From assembly GCA_002269645.1 (NCBI GenBank), contig NIVC01004086.1, forward strand, positions 1-61,135: a stretch of 61,135 nt of DNA. The letters run 5' to 3'. Below are positions 41,522 through 54,029 of this stretch, in pieces. This DNA comes from Macrostomum lignano (Eukaryota). Made by a program: the position numbers and the translations under genes. Within the stretch, counting starts at the first letter, position 1, and each line of letters starts with the position of its first letter. The notes under the pieces were generated by a model, which searched no databases, was not told where the DNA came from, and saw only the letters and a list, made by a program, of their open reading frames with translations.

Positions 41522-42960
41522 TGGGATCTAGAGTTGTCTTGAGATGGGATATCGAGTTTGTCTGAGATGGGATATCGAGTTTTTCTGAGATGGGATATCG
41601 AGTTGTCTGAGATGGGATATCGAGTTTTTCTGAGATGGGATATCGAGTTGTCTGAGATGGGATATCGAGTTGTCTGAGATGGGATATCGAGTTGTCTTGA
41701 GATGGGATATCGAGTTGTCTGAGATGGGATATCGAGTTTTTCTGAGATGGGATATCGAGTTGTCTGAGATGGGATATCGAGTTGTCTGAGATGGGATATC
41801 GAGTTGTCTTGAGATGGGATATCGAGTTGTCTTGAGATGGGATATCGAGTTTGTCTGAGATGGGATATCGAGTTTGTCTAGGGGATGGGATATCGAGTTT
41901 GTCTAGGGGATGGGATATCGAGTTTGTCTAGGGGATGGGATATCGAGTTTGTCTGAGATGGGATATCGAGTTGTCTTGAGATGGGATATCGAGTTTGTCT
42001 GAGATGGGATATCGAGTTTGTCTAGGGGATGGGATATCGAGTTTGTCTGAGATGGGATATCGAGTTTGTCTGAGATGGGATATCGAGTTTGTCTGAGATG
42101 GGATATCGAGTTTGTCTGAGATGGGATATCGAGTTTGTCTAGGGGATGGGATATCGAGTTTGTCTAGGGGATGGGATATCGAGTTTTTCTGAGATGGGAT
42201 ATCGAGTTGTCTGAGATGGGATATCGAGTTGTCTGAGATGGGATATCGAGTTGTCTTGAGATGGGATATCGAGTTGTCTTGAGATGGGATATCGAGTTTG
42301 TCTGAGATGGGATATCGAGTTTGTCTAGGGGATGGGATATCGAGTTTGTCTAGGGGATGGGATATCGAGTTTGTCTAGGGGATGGGATATCGAGTTTGTC
42401 TGAGATGGGATATCGAGTTGTCTTGAGATGGGATATCGAGTTTGTCTGAGATGGGATATCGAGTTTGTCTAGGGGATGGGATATCGAGTTTGTCTGAGAT
42501 GGGATATCGAGTTTGTCTGAGATGGGATATCGAGTTTGTCTGAGATGGGATATCGAGTTTGTCTGAGATGGGATATCGAGTTTGTCTAGGGATGGGATAT
42601 CGAGTTTGTCTAGGGGATGGGATATCGAGTTTGTCTGAGATGGGATATCGAGTTTGTCTGAGATGGGATATCGAGTTTGTCTGAGATGGGATATCGAGTT
42701 TGTCTGAGATGGGATATCGAGTTGTCTTGAGATGGGATATCCAGTTTGTCTGAGATGGGATATCGAGTTTTTCTGAGATGGGATATCGAGTTTTTCTGAG
42801 ATGGGATATCGAGTTGTTTTGAGATGGGATTTCGAGTTTGTCTGAGATGGGATATCGAGTTGTCTTGGGGATGGGATATCGAGTTGTCTTGAGATGGGAT
42901 ATCGAGTTTTTCTGAGATGGGATATCGAGTTTTTCTGAGATGGGATATCGAGTTGTCTTG
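41522..42960. repeat. 22-24-bp minisatellite (gagatgggatatcgagtttgtct), ~62 copies, just downstream of the RTK stop
   Basis: Visible array ending 38 bp from the RTK stop codon. Confidence 0.95.
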
Positions 42961-42997
42961 GCATGAATCCAGTTGCCAGGCAAAGTGACACGGACGG

Positions 42998-45900
42998 TCA
43001 CGGAAGGTCGGTGTGCTCGTAGCACCTCTCGAGTCCGTCCAGCCGGGCCAGGATGCTTTCGAAGCTGGGCCGATCGCGCGACTCCCAGGCCCAGCAGTCG
43101 CGCATGAGGCCGTAGAGGCCCTCGCCGGCGAGCACCGGCTGCGGATTGACGCCGCCGGCCTCCAGGTACGGCAGCACCCCGTTCGGCGACACGCCGGGGT
43201 ACGGGGTCTCGCCTTTGGAGAATATCTCGTAGAGGAGGATGCCGTAGGCCCAGCTGCAATTCAAGGAGGCTTGCTAGGCGTTGAATGGAACGATTTTAAA
43301 CTGCTTTGAGCAGTGGAGTTGGCAAGTTTTAATGGATTCGATAAGAGGATTTCAAGGATTCGACAAGAGGATTTTACGGATTTTTGAGATGGGAATATCA
43401 GGGATTTGAGATTGGGATTACATGGATTTGAGATGGGGTTTTATGGAGTTGAGATGGGATTTCATGGATTTTGAGATGGGGATTTATGGAGTTGAGATGG
43501 GATTACATGGATTTGAGATGGGGTTTTATGGAGTTGAGATGGGATTTCATGGATTTTGAGATAGGGATTTCATGGAATTTGAGATTGGAACTTAGAGATA
43601 TAGTATATTTGGATTTCATAGAGTTGAGAGGGGACTTCATGGATTTTGAGATGGGATCATAAAGGGTTCGAGTAGGGGAAACCAGATTTAGGAGAATTGA
43701 ACGTGAATAGAAGCGAAGAAACTCGTTGAACTTTGAAACTAGAAAAACAAGCCCCAACGTTCTGCAGTGACGCACCGGAATAGGATTCAAATATTTTTAC
43801 TAAGTGCATACGCAAGGTCAAAGAGCTGAAATGGGGCAAGGAGCAAGCAAATTTACAGCAGCTTTTGGGGGTGCAGCAGTGCACGCAGGATCAGATTCCC
43901 TGTTTAGGACCGGAGGGAAGGGGCGGGGAGTTATTTATACCCCCCTTCACTTGTCCCTTCAGCCAGGCCAGCAGTAGCTGAAAAGGCTTTCGCGCACTTT
44001 TCAAGTTTTGAGGCCAGCAGCGGGGCTTTTAAAGGCTGCTCTGTGAAAAAGCATTCCCCCAACCAATAAAGCGCGCAAGGTTGGCCTGGGAATTGCTGCT
44101 GTTTTGCTTCTCAAAATTCGTCCTTTATCCCACCGTTGGGATCAGGAATCGCCTCGCTGTTATTGTGTGAGCGAGGCCATTGAGCAATCATAAATTTTAC
44201 TTTCACCGGCGCGTGAACAACTCTCAAAGCTAAGCCAGTTGCAATTAATAAAATTCAACCGGTAGGTTAGGTAAAAAATCATCCCAAAACGCCCGGCAGG
44301 TAAGCAAGAACTCACTCAATGCGCTGCATCCATCAGCACAAAGGACTTTCCACGCGCGCAACAAAGAGAGGAACTATATTATAGGAGCCTTGTTCTCTTC
44401 CACCTCTCCCGCCCGCCTCCCCGTGCTACCCGCGTCCCTAAGCCACGACTCACTCACGTGGAATCACGTGATCCGATCTGGATTTCTATGAATGCCACGC
44501 GGTAAAAAAACCTGCAACGCACACACTGTAGAGAGGGGGGATATTTTACGGTATACCGCCGCCGCCGCGCTGTGCTTACAAAACTGGCGGTGAAGTGAAG
44601 ATCTCATGGCGCCCCCCGACCGCGTGGCGGTTCCGCGCAGGCCAGTTGTGGAGGGGCGAGCTGAGCAATGAAGTCGCAGCTGCACTGCTATGTTATTACG
44701 CTATTGCATTGACTGTCTGGCGGTAAAGATTTATGCACAGGCAAAGGTTTCTGCCATTCTATAATTCCGATTGTGTGGCCGGGGAATAAAAGGGAGGAGT
44801 AGCAGCAGGAGGAGAATGCCGAAGAATGGCGAACTCCGCTATTCTCACCGTCAGCCTTTTCACGCGCTGCTAGCAAACGGAGCTAGAAAATCAGTTATTA
44901 ATGACAATCTATAGCGGAATTCCAACAACACTTCCCGGTTCTTTCAATCCCCTCCTAACGCCGAGAAACTGGATCAGGATTAGCTCAATTTTGATCGCTG
45001 GGAGATTTATCAGATCGTCACCTTCCCGGGCGATTTAGGCGGGGTGTCTGTCAGGAGCAAAATGAGCTGCTGCTGCTGCTACTAGGGGAGGGGAGCAGAG
45101 AGACAAAGAGACTCAAAGCCCAGCTTATTGGTCAATCGCGGGCCGAGAATAGGGCAGCAATTTAATTATAATTAATTGCCTTCTTAGTCCGGGTGAAGGG
45201 CCTGACTTTGCCGCAGCCGCTCCGCTGCCGACCGCCACAGCGACGGGCTGAACTGAGCAAACTTGAGAAGGGTGGAGTCCCGCAACTCGGGGGGGGGGAA
45301 CGGTGTGGACATGCATAATTTATGGCTGCTGGAGCGCCTCCCGTTTAGACACTAATTGGCGGACGGAGACAAACGTGCCGTTTTGAGTAATAACTCCTGA
45401 ACTGGGCTGTTTAGTCAGCATCCCTCACTTCATCTGAGCCTTCTAGCAACAATGAAAAACACTTTTAAATGCAGTTTATTGAAATTTAAATACCAGACTA
45501 AAATGGAATAGGTGTGTGAAGTGTGTGAATGGATTCAAGGAACTGGTGACCACGATAGGTTCTCGAAATTCACGTTGTGAGATACCGGTTGACTCTAGGG
45601 ATTCACGGTTTGAGATACCGGTTGACTCGAGGGATTCACGGTTTGAGATACCGGTTGACTCAAGGGATTCACGGTTTGAGATACTGGTTGATTTAAGGGA
45701 TTCATGGTTTGAGATACCGGTTGACTCGAGGGATTCACGGTTTGAGATACTGGTTGACTCGAGGGATTCACGGTTTGAGATACCGGTTGACTCAAGGGAT
45801 TCCCGGTTTGAGATACCGGTTGATTTAAGGGATTCATGGTTTGAGATACCGGTTGACTCGAGGGATTCACGGTTTGAGATACCGGTTGACTCAAGGGATT

Positions 45901-47177
45901 CCCGGTTTGAGATACCGGTTGATTTAAGGGATTCATGGTTTGAGATACCAGTTGACTCGAGGGATTCACGGTTTGAGATACCGGTTGACTCAAGGGATTC
46001 CCGGTTTGAGATACCGGTTGATTTAAGGGATTCATGGTTTGAGATACCGGTTGACTCGAGGGATTCACGGTTTGAGATACCGGTTGACTCAAGGGATTCC
46101 CGGTTTGAGATACCGGTTGATTTAAGGGATTCATGGTTTGAGATACCGGTTGACTCGAGGGATTCACGGTTTGAGATACCGGTTGACTCAAGGGATTCCC
46201 GGTTTGAGATACCGGTTGATTTAAGGGATTCATGGTTTGAGATACCGGTTGACTCGAGGGATTCACGGTTTGAGATACCGGTTGACTCGAGGGATTCACA
46301 GTTTGAGATACCGGTTGACTCAAGGGATTCCCGGTTTGAGATACCGGTTGACTCCATGGATTCACGGTTTGAGATACCGGTTGACTCCATGGATTCACGG
46401 TTTGAGATACCCACTAACCCATAGTTATTAAAGGTGATTTGCTAGTACTAAGCAGAATTGCTCACAAATACAAACAATGTACACAGAACTTACACATCAG
46501 ATTTGCTGAAGAAGTACTGCGACTTCAAGCACTCCGGAGCCAGCCACTTCACCGGCAGCTTGCCCTGCAAAATATAAGATGCTTGTAAAATACTCAAGAT
46601 CGTATTGGGAAATTCTACCGGTTAGTATAAGTTATTACAACCCCGCAACTATACTCTGCTCTCGTAGTTCCTATCTCGAAAGGTGTGGGTTACACCACGA
46701 CCACGTGACATGTGACATTGCTCTGTACTTGAGCTGCCCCCCTCCCTAGCCAAAAGGCCAGACGAAAACAAAAACAGGCCTGTTCCAATCAGACAGACAG
46801 ACAGGCGGGCAGGCAGATCACACAAGTTTCAGTAGCCGGAATGATCAAATTATTTGAATGAAAACAGCCCCCCTGGTCCAGATATTTCACTATGGTCTTC
46901 ACTACTAAGGACAGCAAGTGTGGGCTTGTTCGAGTTGGAAGCGAAACTGTAGTTTTAGTACAGCTGCACCTGCCCCCCAAAGGTCTTTAGTGCATCTGTG
47001 CGCTGCGGCCACATTTACAAATATTTGAACAGCTTTCACTGAAAGCTAGGAAAGCAGCGGCTGGCTAAAATTTACTGGGCATTCGTAAATCACAGACTGA
47101 AAAAATCGGTGAGGGGCCACCCGGAGCAGGCGACAGAATACAATAAACTGTTTCTATTACGATGCTACGATAGACAG

Positions 47178-47233
<56 letters not shown>

Positions 47234-47370
47234 ATCTATCTATCTATCTATCTTATCTATCTATCTGTCTATCTATCTGTCTATCTATCTATCTATCTAT
47301 CTATCTTATCTATCTATCTTATCTATCTATCGATCTATCTATCTTATCTATCTATCTGTCTATCTATCTG

Positions 47371-47414
<44 letters not shown>

Positions 47415-47460
47415 ATCTATCTATCTATCTATCTTATCTATCTATCTGTCTATCTATCTG

Positions 47461-47503
<43 letters not shown>

Positions 47504-47504
47504 G

Positions 47505-47547
<43 letters not shown>

Positions 47548-47548
47548 G

Positions 47549-47585
<37 letters not shown>

Positions 47586-47616
47586 TTATCTGTCTATCTA
47601 TCTATCTATCTATCTG

Positions 47617-47683
<67 letters not shown>

Positions 47684-47732
47684 GTCTGTCTATCTATCTA
47701 TCTATCTGTCTATTTATCTATCTATCTATCTG

Positions 47733-47775
<43 letters not shown>

Positions 47776-47848
47776 GTCTATCTATCTATCTATCTATCTA
47801 TCTGTCTATCTATCTATCTATCTATCTGTCTATCTATCTATCTATCTG

Positions 47849-47939
<91 letters not shown>

Positions 47940-47996
47940 GTCTAAGATCTATCTATCTATCTATCTGTCTGTCTATCTATCTATCTATCTGTCTAT

Positions 47997-48038
<42 letters not shown>

Positions 48039-48095
48039 GTCTAAGATCTATCTATCTATCTATCTGTCTGTCTATCTATCTATCTATCTGTCTAT

Positions 48096-48157
<62 letters not shown>

Positions 48158-48158
48158 G

Positions 48159-48207
<49 letters not shown>

Positions 48208-51200
48208 TTATCTATCTATCTATCTGTCTGTCTATCTATCTATCTATCCAGCAAAACAAATCCTGAGCTCACCTCGGTGATGACTCGATAATAATCCTTG
48301 TCGGAGACGTTCCTTGTTAGCCCGAAGTCGGATACCTTGGCAACAATTTTGCCTTTCTCGTCGGAGTTGGCCACCAGAATGTTTCTCGCGGCAATGTCCC
48401 TGTGGACAATCTGTGCAGAAAACAGGCATCACAATCGCTGATTAACGAACTGTCCATATATAACAGTCAAATTGTATACAAGTATATATGTTTTTAATAA
48501 ACCAATTTGCTTAGAATCAATATTCCCAAACAAAAGTTTCTATTTCTAAACCTTCCCAATTCATAATCTTCCCAATTCATAATCTTTCCAATCCATATCC
48601 TCTCAAGCATCACATTGCGCAACTGTACACCAATCATGAATGCCCTAGAGCAGCTCACGCACTTTTATGTCGGCCATGAACTGCAGCGCCCTGGCCACGT
48701 CCCGGCTGAAGTGCAGCAGCTGAACAGGCCGCACGCAGGGCGTGAAGCAGACCTCGCGAGTGTCTGGCAGCACATTCATGTAGTCGGCCTGCTTCGAGGT
48801 GACAGGGCGCTGTTTTAGGAAGTCTCTTAAATTGCCGTAAAGTGCCAGCTCAGTCAGAAGCAGCACTGGGCCTGAGGGCGGGCGCGAGAGCGGTGGATAG
48901 GGGTTGTTCTCCGAATATGTGCACTTTTATTTTTAAACAAAAAAGCACTCCTGCCTGTGCACAATTATAAAATTTAATCAGTTAATTTATAGCTCCACAA
49001 ATCATATGACCACCTGAGAAGAGACATAAGCATTGAGCCGGCCGGATTGCTATTGTGAAGTTTCAAAAGACCCTAGGGCCGGATAGAGGCTTTGCGGGCC
49101 CCTCACCCCTGCTTTAGGCCCAAATTTTTTGCAAAAGAGCCTGAGTTAATGCTTCCGCATATCGATACGGAAACGAACCCTAGGTTTGGTGTCTTGAAAA
49201 GTATCTCTTGATGTTGGTGATATTAAGTTGCACCTGTACAATATTAAATAATCAATATTAACTTCAATCTAATGCATTACGTTGAAACCATATATAGCTA
49301 AGGCACTGTTAACAACACGTGACAATTGAATCAACAACGTCGGCTGATTCAGCTAAGTCAGGCCATGTCCGAAAATCAGGCGCAGCCTCCCAGCTCCTGC
49401 TTCATCAATCAATCACTTCGCTATACTCCCCCCCCCCTAACTCCTGAAGCTGAAAAACCAAGGAAGCGGGTCCCCTAAGTGCCAATAGGGGTCACAAGCC
49501 CTCGCTCTCACCCTCCCCGTACCCAGGCTTGTAAAAAACCATTCCCGTGCTCGGGCCTTGAGGGGAGCCGAGGCAAATCGAGCACTAACTCTCTCACCAG
49601 CTGAAGCAGTACTAGCGCCGGCTGTTTGGACCCTGGGAACGCCATCCAGGGCCTCTTAAGGGGCTCTCCGAAACTATTTTAACTAAACTACAGTAGCAGC
49701 AGCAGCAGCAGCAGCAGCTGAATTGCCCGTTAATTAAACCTCCCCAGCGGCAGTGCATGAGAAATAGCAGAAATCTTTAAAGAAAAATAGCGCCTTTTTA
49801 CAGCTTCTCAGCCTGCTCTGCTGAACAAAAAAGGAGAGAGAAAGTTAATATTTTTTATAATGCAGGTCGAGTTTATGAACGCAACGAAATTAAGAATAAA
49901 GAGAATTCGAACTTGAACCTAGGCCCCCATATCGCTCTTCTCAAAAGAAGGAAATTTTTGCTCAGCTCACTCAACCGATGGCCTAATAAAGATGCGCTCA
50001 TATAAAAAGCCCTTAGAGTCTCCTCGGCGTCTCCGGGTTTGGGGCAATCAAAACAAACTGCACTCTCTGGCCTTCCAATTTGCCACCTAAGTTGGAAGCT
50101 TGGGAAGGGAAACAGGAAGGGACGGGAAGGGAAGGTTACGGGGAGGCGCCTCCACGAAAATTGCTCGAAGTTGGAATAGGAAACTCGTAGCCTCTAGGAA
50201 TGGCCATATTTAGTTGCCGCCGGACACTCCCTTAACCCCTCCTATTTTAGACCCGTTTTAGATTTTACGATGTTTTGTTTAACGCAAAATGAAAATAATC
50301 AAAATGAAACATTGATCAGGGATTTAAAAAAATTTTCTCTGTCCTCGGGAGGAGGGGGGGGTCCTTTGAAACTTCACATTCATTTGAAACTTTGAAACTT
50401 CATTCGTGTAAATCCGTGCAATATAACTACAAGATTTTCATTATAATTGGGAACATAAAGCCACTGGAGGGTCGAGGGCGGCCTTAAAGGGGTTAAACTT
50501 CGAATACGTGGGAATCTCGTTGATTTATTCCTGCTAGTCACTAATCAGATGACGAAGTACGGGTATTTGGCTAGCTCAGGAGTCACAGTTACTTCCGCCC
50601 TTTACCCGTGCATTGTACTCAATCCAGCTCCTTCTGCTCATAAAAGAGGCCCACCACGTGTTGTTGATTTCAAAAGCACTGGGAAGCACGCCTCCCCAGC
50701 GTGGTGCCGAGGGGAATAAACCTGCCTCCCCCTCCGGCGCCTTGGGGGAAGTTTTCCAAGTTAAACAGCTGCTTGCCATACTGTGGAAATATACTATTAT
50801 AAGACTTGGTTGCTCAGACAAAGAGCTCACTAAATTAGTCGGACACAGGGGCACAGGCGGGCTAAGTATTAAAATGGTTCCCATCTGTCAAACAGCCCAG
50901 TGCATTTTATATATTTTCTTTCGTTCCACTCCAACACTCAAGTGGATTGAGTGCGTTTAAATTTGTGTTCCCATTTTCTGATAACGCTGGGGTCGCCTCA
51001 CATTTGCTTCCCCCGTGGGATTGTTTTGTGCGGACCTTAACCCAGATACTATTAAAAGGTTGAAGCATACACTTTAAATACAGTCTCAAGATACGGGAGA
51101 GACAAACAGAGGACAACACATACTAAGAGTCTTATAGCCACCAATCGAGCTCCAGATCTCCATATTGAGTCCCTAGAGTATTTCAGTCTCATACTCTGTC

Positions 51201-53859
51201 TTATAGCCCATAGAGTCCCATCGAGTCCCTGAAATCATAGTCCCATATGGAGTTCTAGAGTCTCGTAGTACCACACGGAGTAAATAGGGTCTCGTAGTCC
51301 CATATCGAGTCCCAAGAGTCTCGTAGTCCCATATCGAGTCCCAAGAGTCTCGTAGTCCCATATCGAGTCCCAAGAGTCTCGTAGTCCCATATCGAGTCAT
51401 AAGAGTCTCGTAGTCCCATATCGAGTCCCAAGAGTCTCGTAGTCCCATATCGAGTCCCAAGGGTCTCGTAAGTCCCATATCGAGTCCCAAGGGTCTCGTA
51501 AGTCCCATATCGAGTCCCAAGGGTCTCGTAAGTCCCATATCGAGTCCCAAGGGTCTCGTAAGTCCCATATCGAGTCCCAAGGGTCTCGTAAGTCCCATAT
51601 CGAGTCCAAAGGGTCTCGTAAGTCCCATATCGAGTCCCAAGGGTCTCGTAAGTCCCATATCGAGTCCCAAGGGTCTCGTAAGTCCCATATCGAGTCCCAA
51701 GGGTCTTGTAAGTCCCATATCGAGTCCCAAGGGTCTCGTAAGTCCTATATCGAGTCCCTAATCTTGCATTCCCATATCGAGTCCCTAGTCTCGTAGTCCC
51801 ATATCGTGCAAACCATTCACTCACCTCCTTTGGTGCAGACGCCAACCAGTTTAATAATGTTCGGATGCGGGTTCGACCTCATCATTTTCATGATCTCTAT
51901 CTCCTTGACCAGCGCAATCATCTCCTCTTCCGAGTAGTCGCCTGCAAAGTGATTTTGATACACGGGGCGAAGGAATAATTAGCAAGCTACACCGGTGCGC
52001 TCAGACAGGGACCAGGTGATTTTTTCTTGACCGATTGCTCACTACAGAGTCAATAATTGTCTACGAGTCTTTGTCGCTGAATATCAATAGGCTAGAGTGC
52101 AAACACAGACTCTACAAAGACTGCCCTGGACGGGCCAGGCACCTTCTTTACCTCCCAGGCACCAAAACAGCTGACCAATTGAGCTGAGTACGAGCAATAA
52201 GCACACAAAGTGCTCAAATTGTTGAGTTGATTCCCAGGTCTAAGTTTGCTATAGCCCAATAATGAATAATTTGATTTGAAAAAACAGGCTCAAAGCCTAA
52301 AAACTGGTAACAAAGGGACTGTCTAAAAACTACTCAAGAAAAATCTAGCCCTTCCCAAGTCCTCAACTGTGCGGCTCTGAGCCGGAGCTAGCTGAGCTCC
52401 AATAATACAATTTGGGAATAATACAATAACAATAACCCCAGGCATAATTCTAGATTTCTGCCAGTCCAGGTGGTGAAGCCTGCACCCAAAAGCAGACGGG
52501 CTCCTAACCAGCTCAATGATGGGTGGACTGGGAACTGAGGAAGTTGAGGAAGTGGCTGTAGGGGTGGGTGGAGCACCCAAAAAGGTGAAGCCACCCAGAC
52601 TCCATAATAGGGCCGCGTCTCGCGTCTGTCCCAATTAAAAGCATTCAGAGCGCCAGACAGACAGGCAGGCAGATGCTGGCTCTGTCTGGCGGGCTTGTGG
52701 GCCTCAGGAATTCTTTGCGGGAATCGGGGATGGTAGGAGATGTTATTGTTGAGTCCTGGTGGCCAACACATTCCCACCCCGTGAGCTCTACAGACTGACT
52801 CAGGCTAGCCAGTGCAACACAGCAGACTCGAGTAGACTCACGCTTGAGCATCTTAATCGCCACGTTGTGTATATTGGTTCCAGAGAAGGTGTATTGGCCG
52901 GAGTGCACAGTGCCGAAGGCGCCCTGACCAATCTTGCGGACCACGTGAATACTGCAGGACGGATTATAATTATTAATTTAGTAAGAGATTAGGGTCGGGG
53001 GATTAGCAGTGGGGATCGGAGATTGGGGTTGGGGAATTAGCAGTGGGGATTTGAGATTGGGGTCGGGGGAATTAGTGGTGGGGATTTGAGATTGAAGTCG
53101 GGAAATTAGCGGTGGGAATTTCAGATTGAGGACGGGGGGATTAGCGGTGGGGATCGGAGATATTGAAAATTGAATAAAACAAGACTCATTCCAGATTTAG
53201 ATTTCAAAAAAGATAAATAGCTCACCGTTTCCGATCGAGCTCGAACACCTGGCAGGCTGGAATAATGTATCGAACTTCCCGATTGGCCTCCGAAGCCCCG
53301 CTGCCTCTGCTGCTGCCGCCTCTCCGGTTGAACAACCGGCGACCCCTAGGACCCACCTGCTCCACGACTACTTCTGGTACAGTCAGACTCCAGCCGGGCC
53401 TGTCCAGAGACTCCTGCCTGTAGTAGCTGCTCTGGCCAAGAAGCGGAGAGTCGGAATTCTCCGTCCGGTTGCGCTGGTACAGCTCGCCATTGTCCATGTT
53501 CACGATGCGCAGACGTTTGACCAGGGGCGCAGAGCGGCGCTTTTGCAGGTAGTACAGGTAGAGCAGGGTGGAGACGACCAGGGACACCAGCAGTGCGGCG
53601 CCGACCCCAATGGCCGTGTAGGCGATGCTGTGAAGCTGGAAACCTGCGGGAAGCAATGCGGGTAGGCCCAACAGTAAGCGCTTCCGCCTAGGTATTTATG
53701 TAAGAGCAAGCAGTTGGACTGCGGGTGAGGGGGGGGGAAGATAGATGGAATAGAGAAGAGAGGATAAGAGAGGAGAGGAGATGAAATAGGAGAGAGAAGA
53801 GGACAGGATATTCGAGAAGAGAGAAGAGACACAAACTGTCTCTTCTCAGCTCAGTCTGT

Positions 53860-53920
<61 letters not shown>

Positions 53921-53927
53921 CTGTCAG

Positions 53928-53978
<51 letters not shown>

Positions 53979-53985
53979 CTGTCAG

Positions 53986-54029
<44 letters not shown>

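Noticed and set aside
29372-49101. Similar AGGGCCGGATA...GGCC motifs at 29372 and 49074 as hAT-like ends
   Set aside because: Short GC-rich similarity only, with no matching opposite ends or TSDs located.
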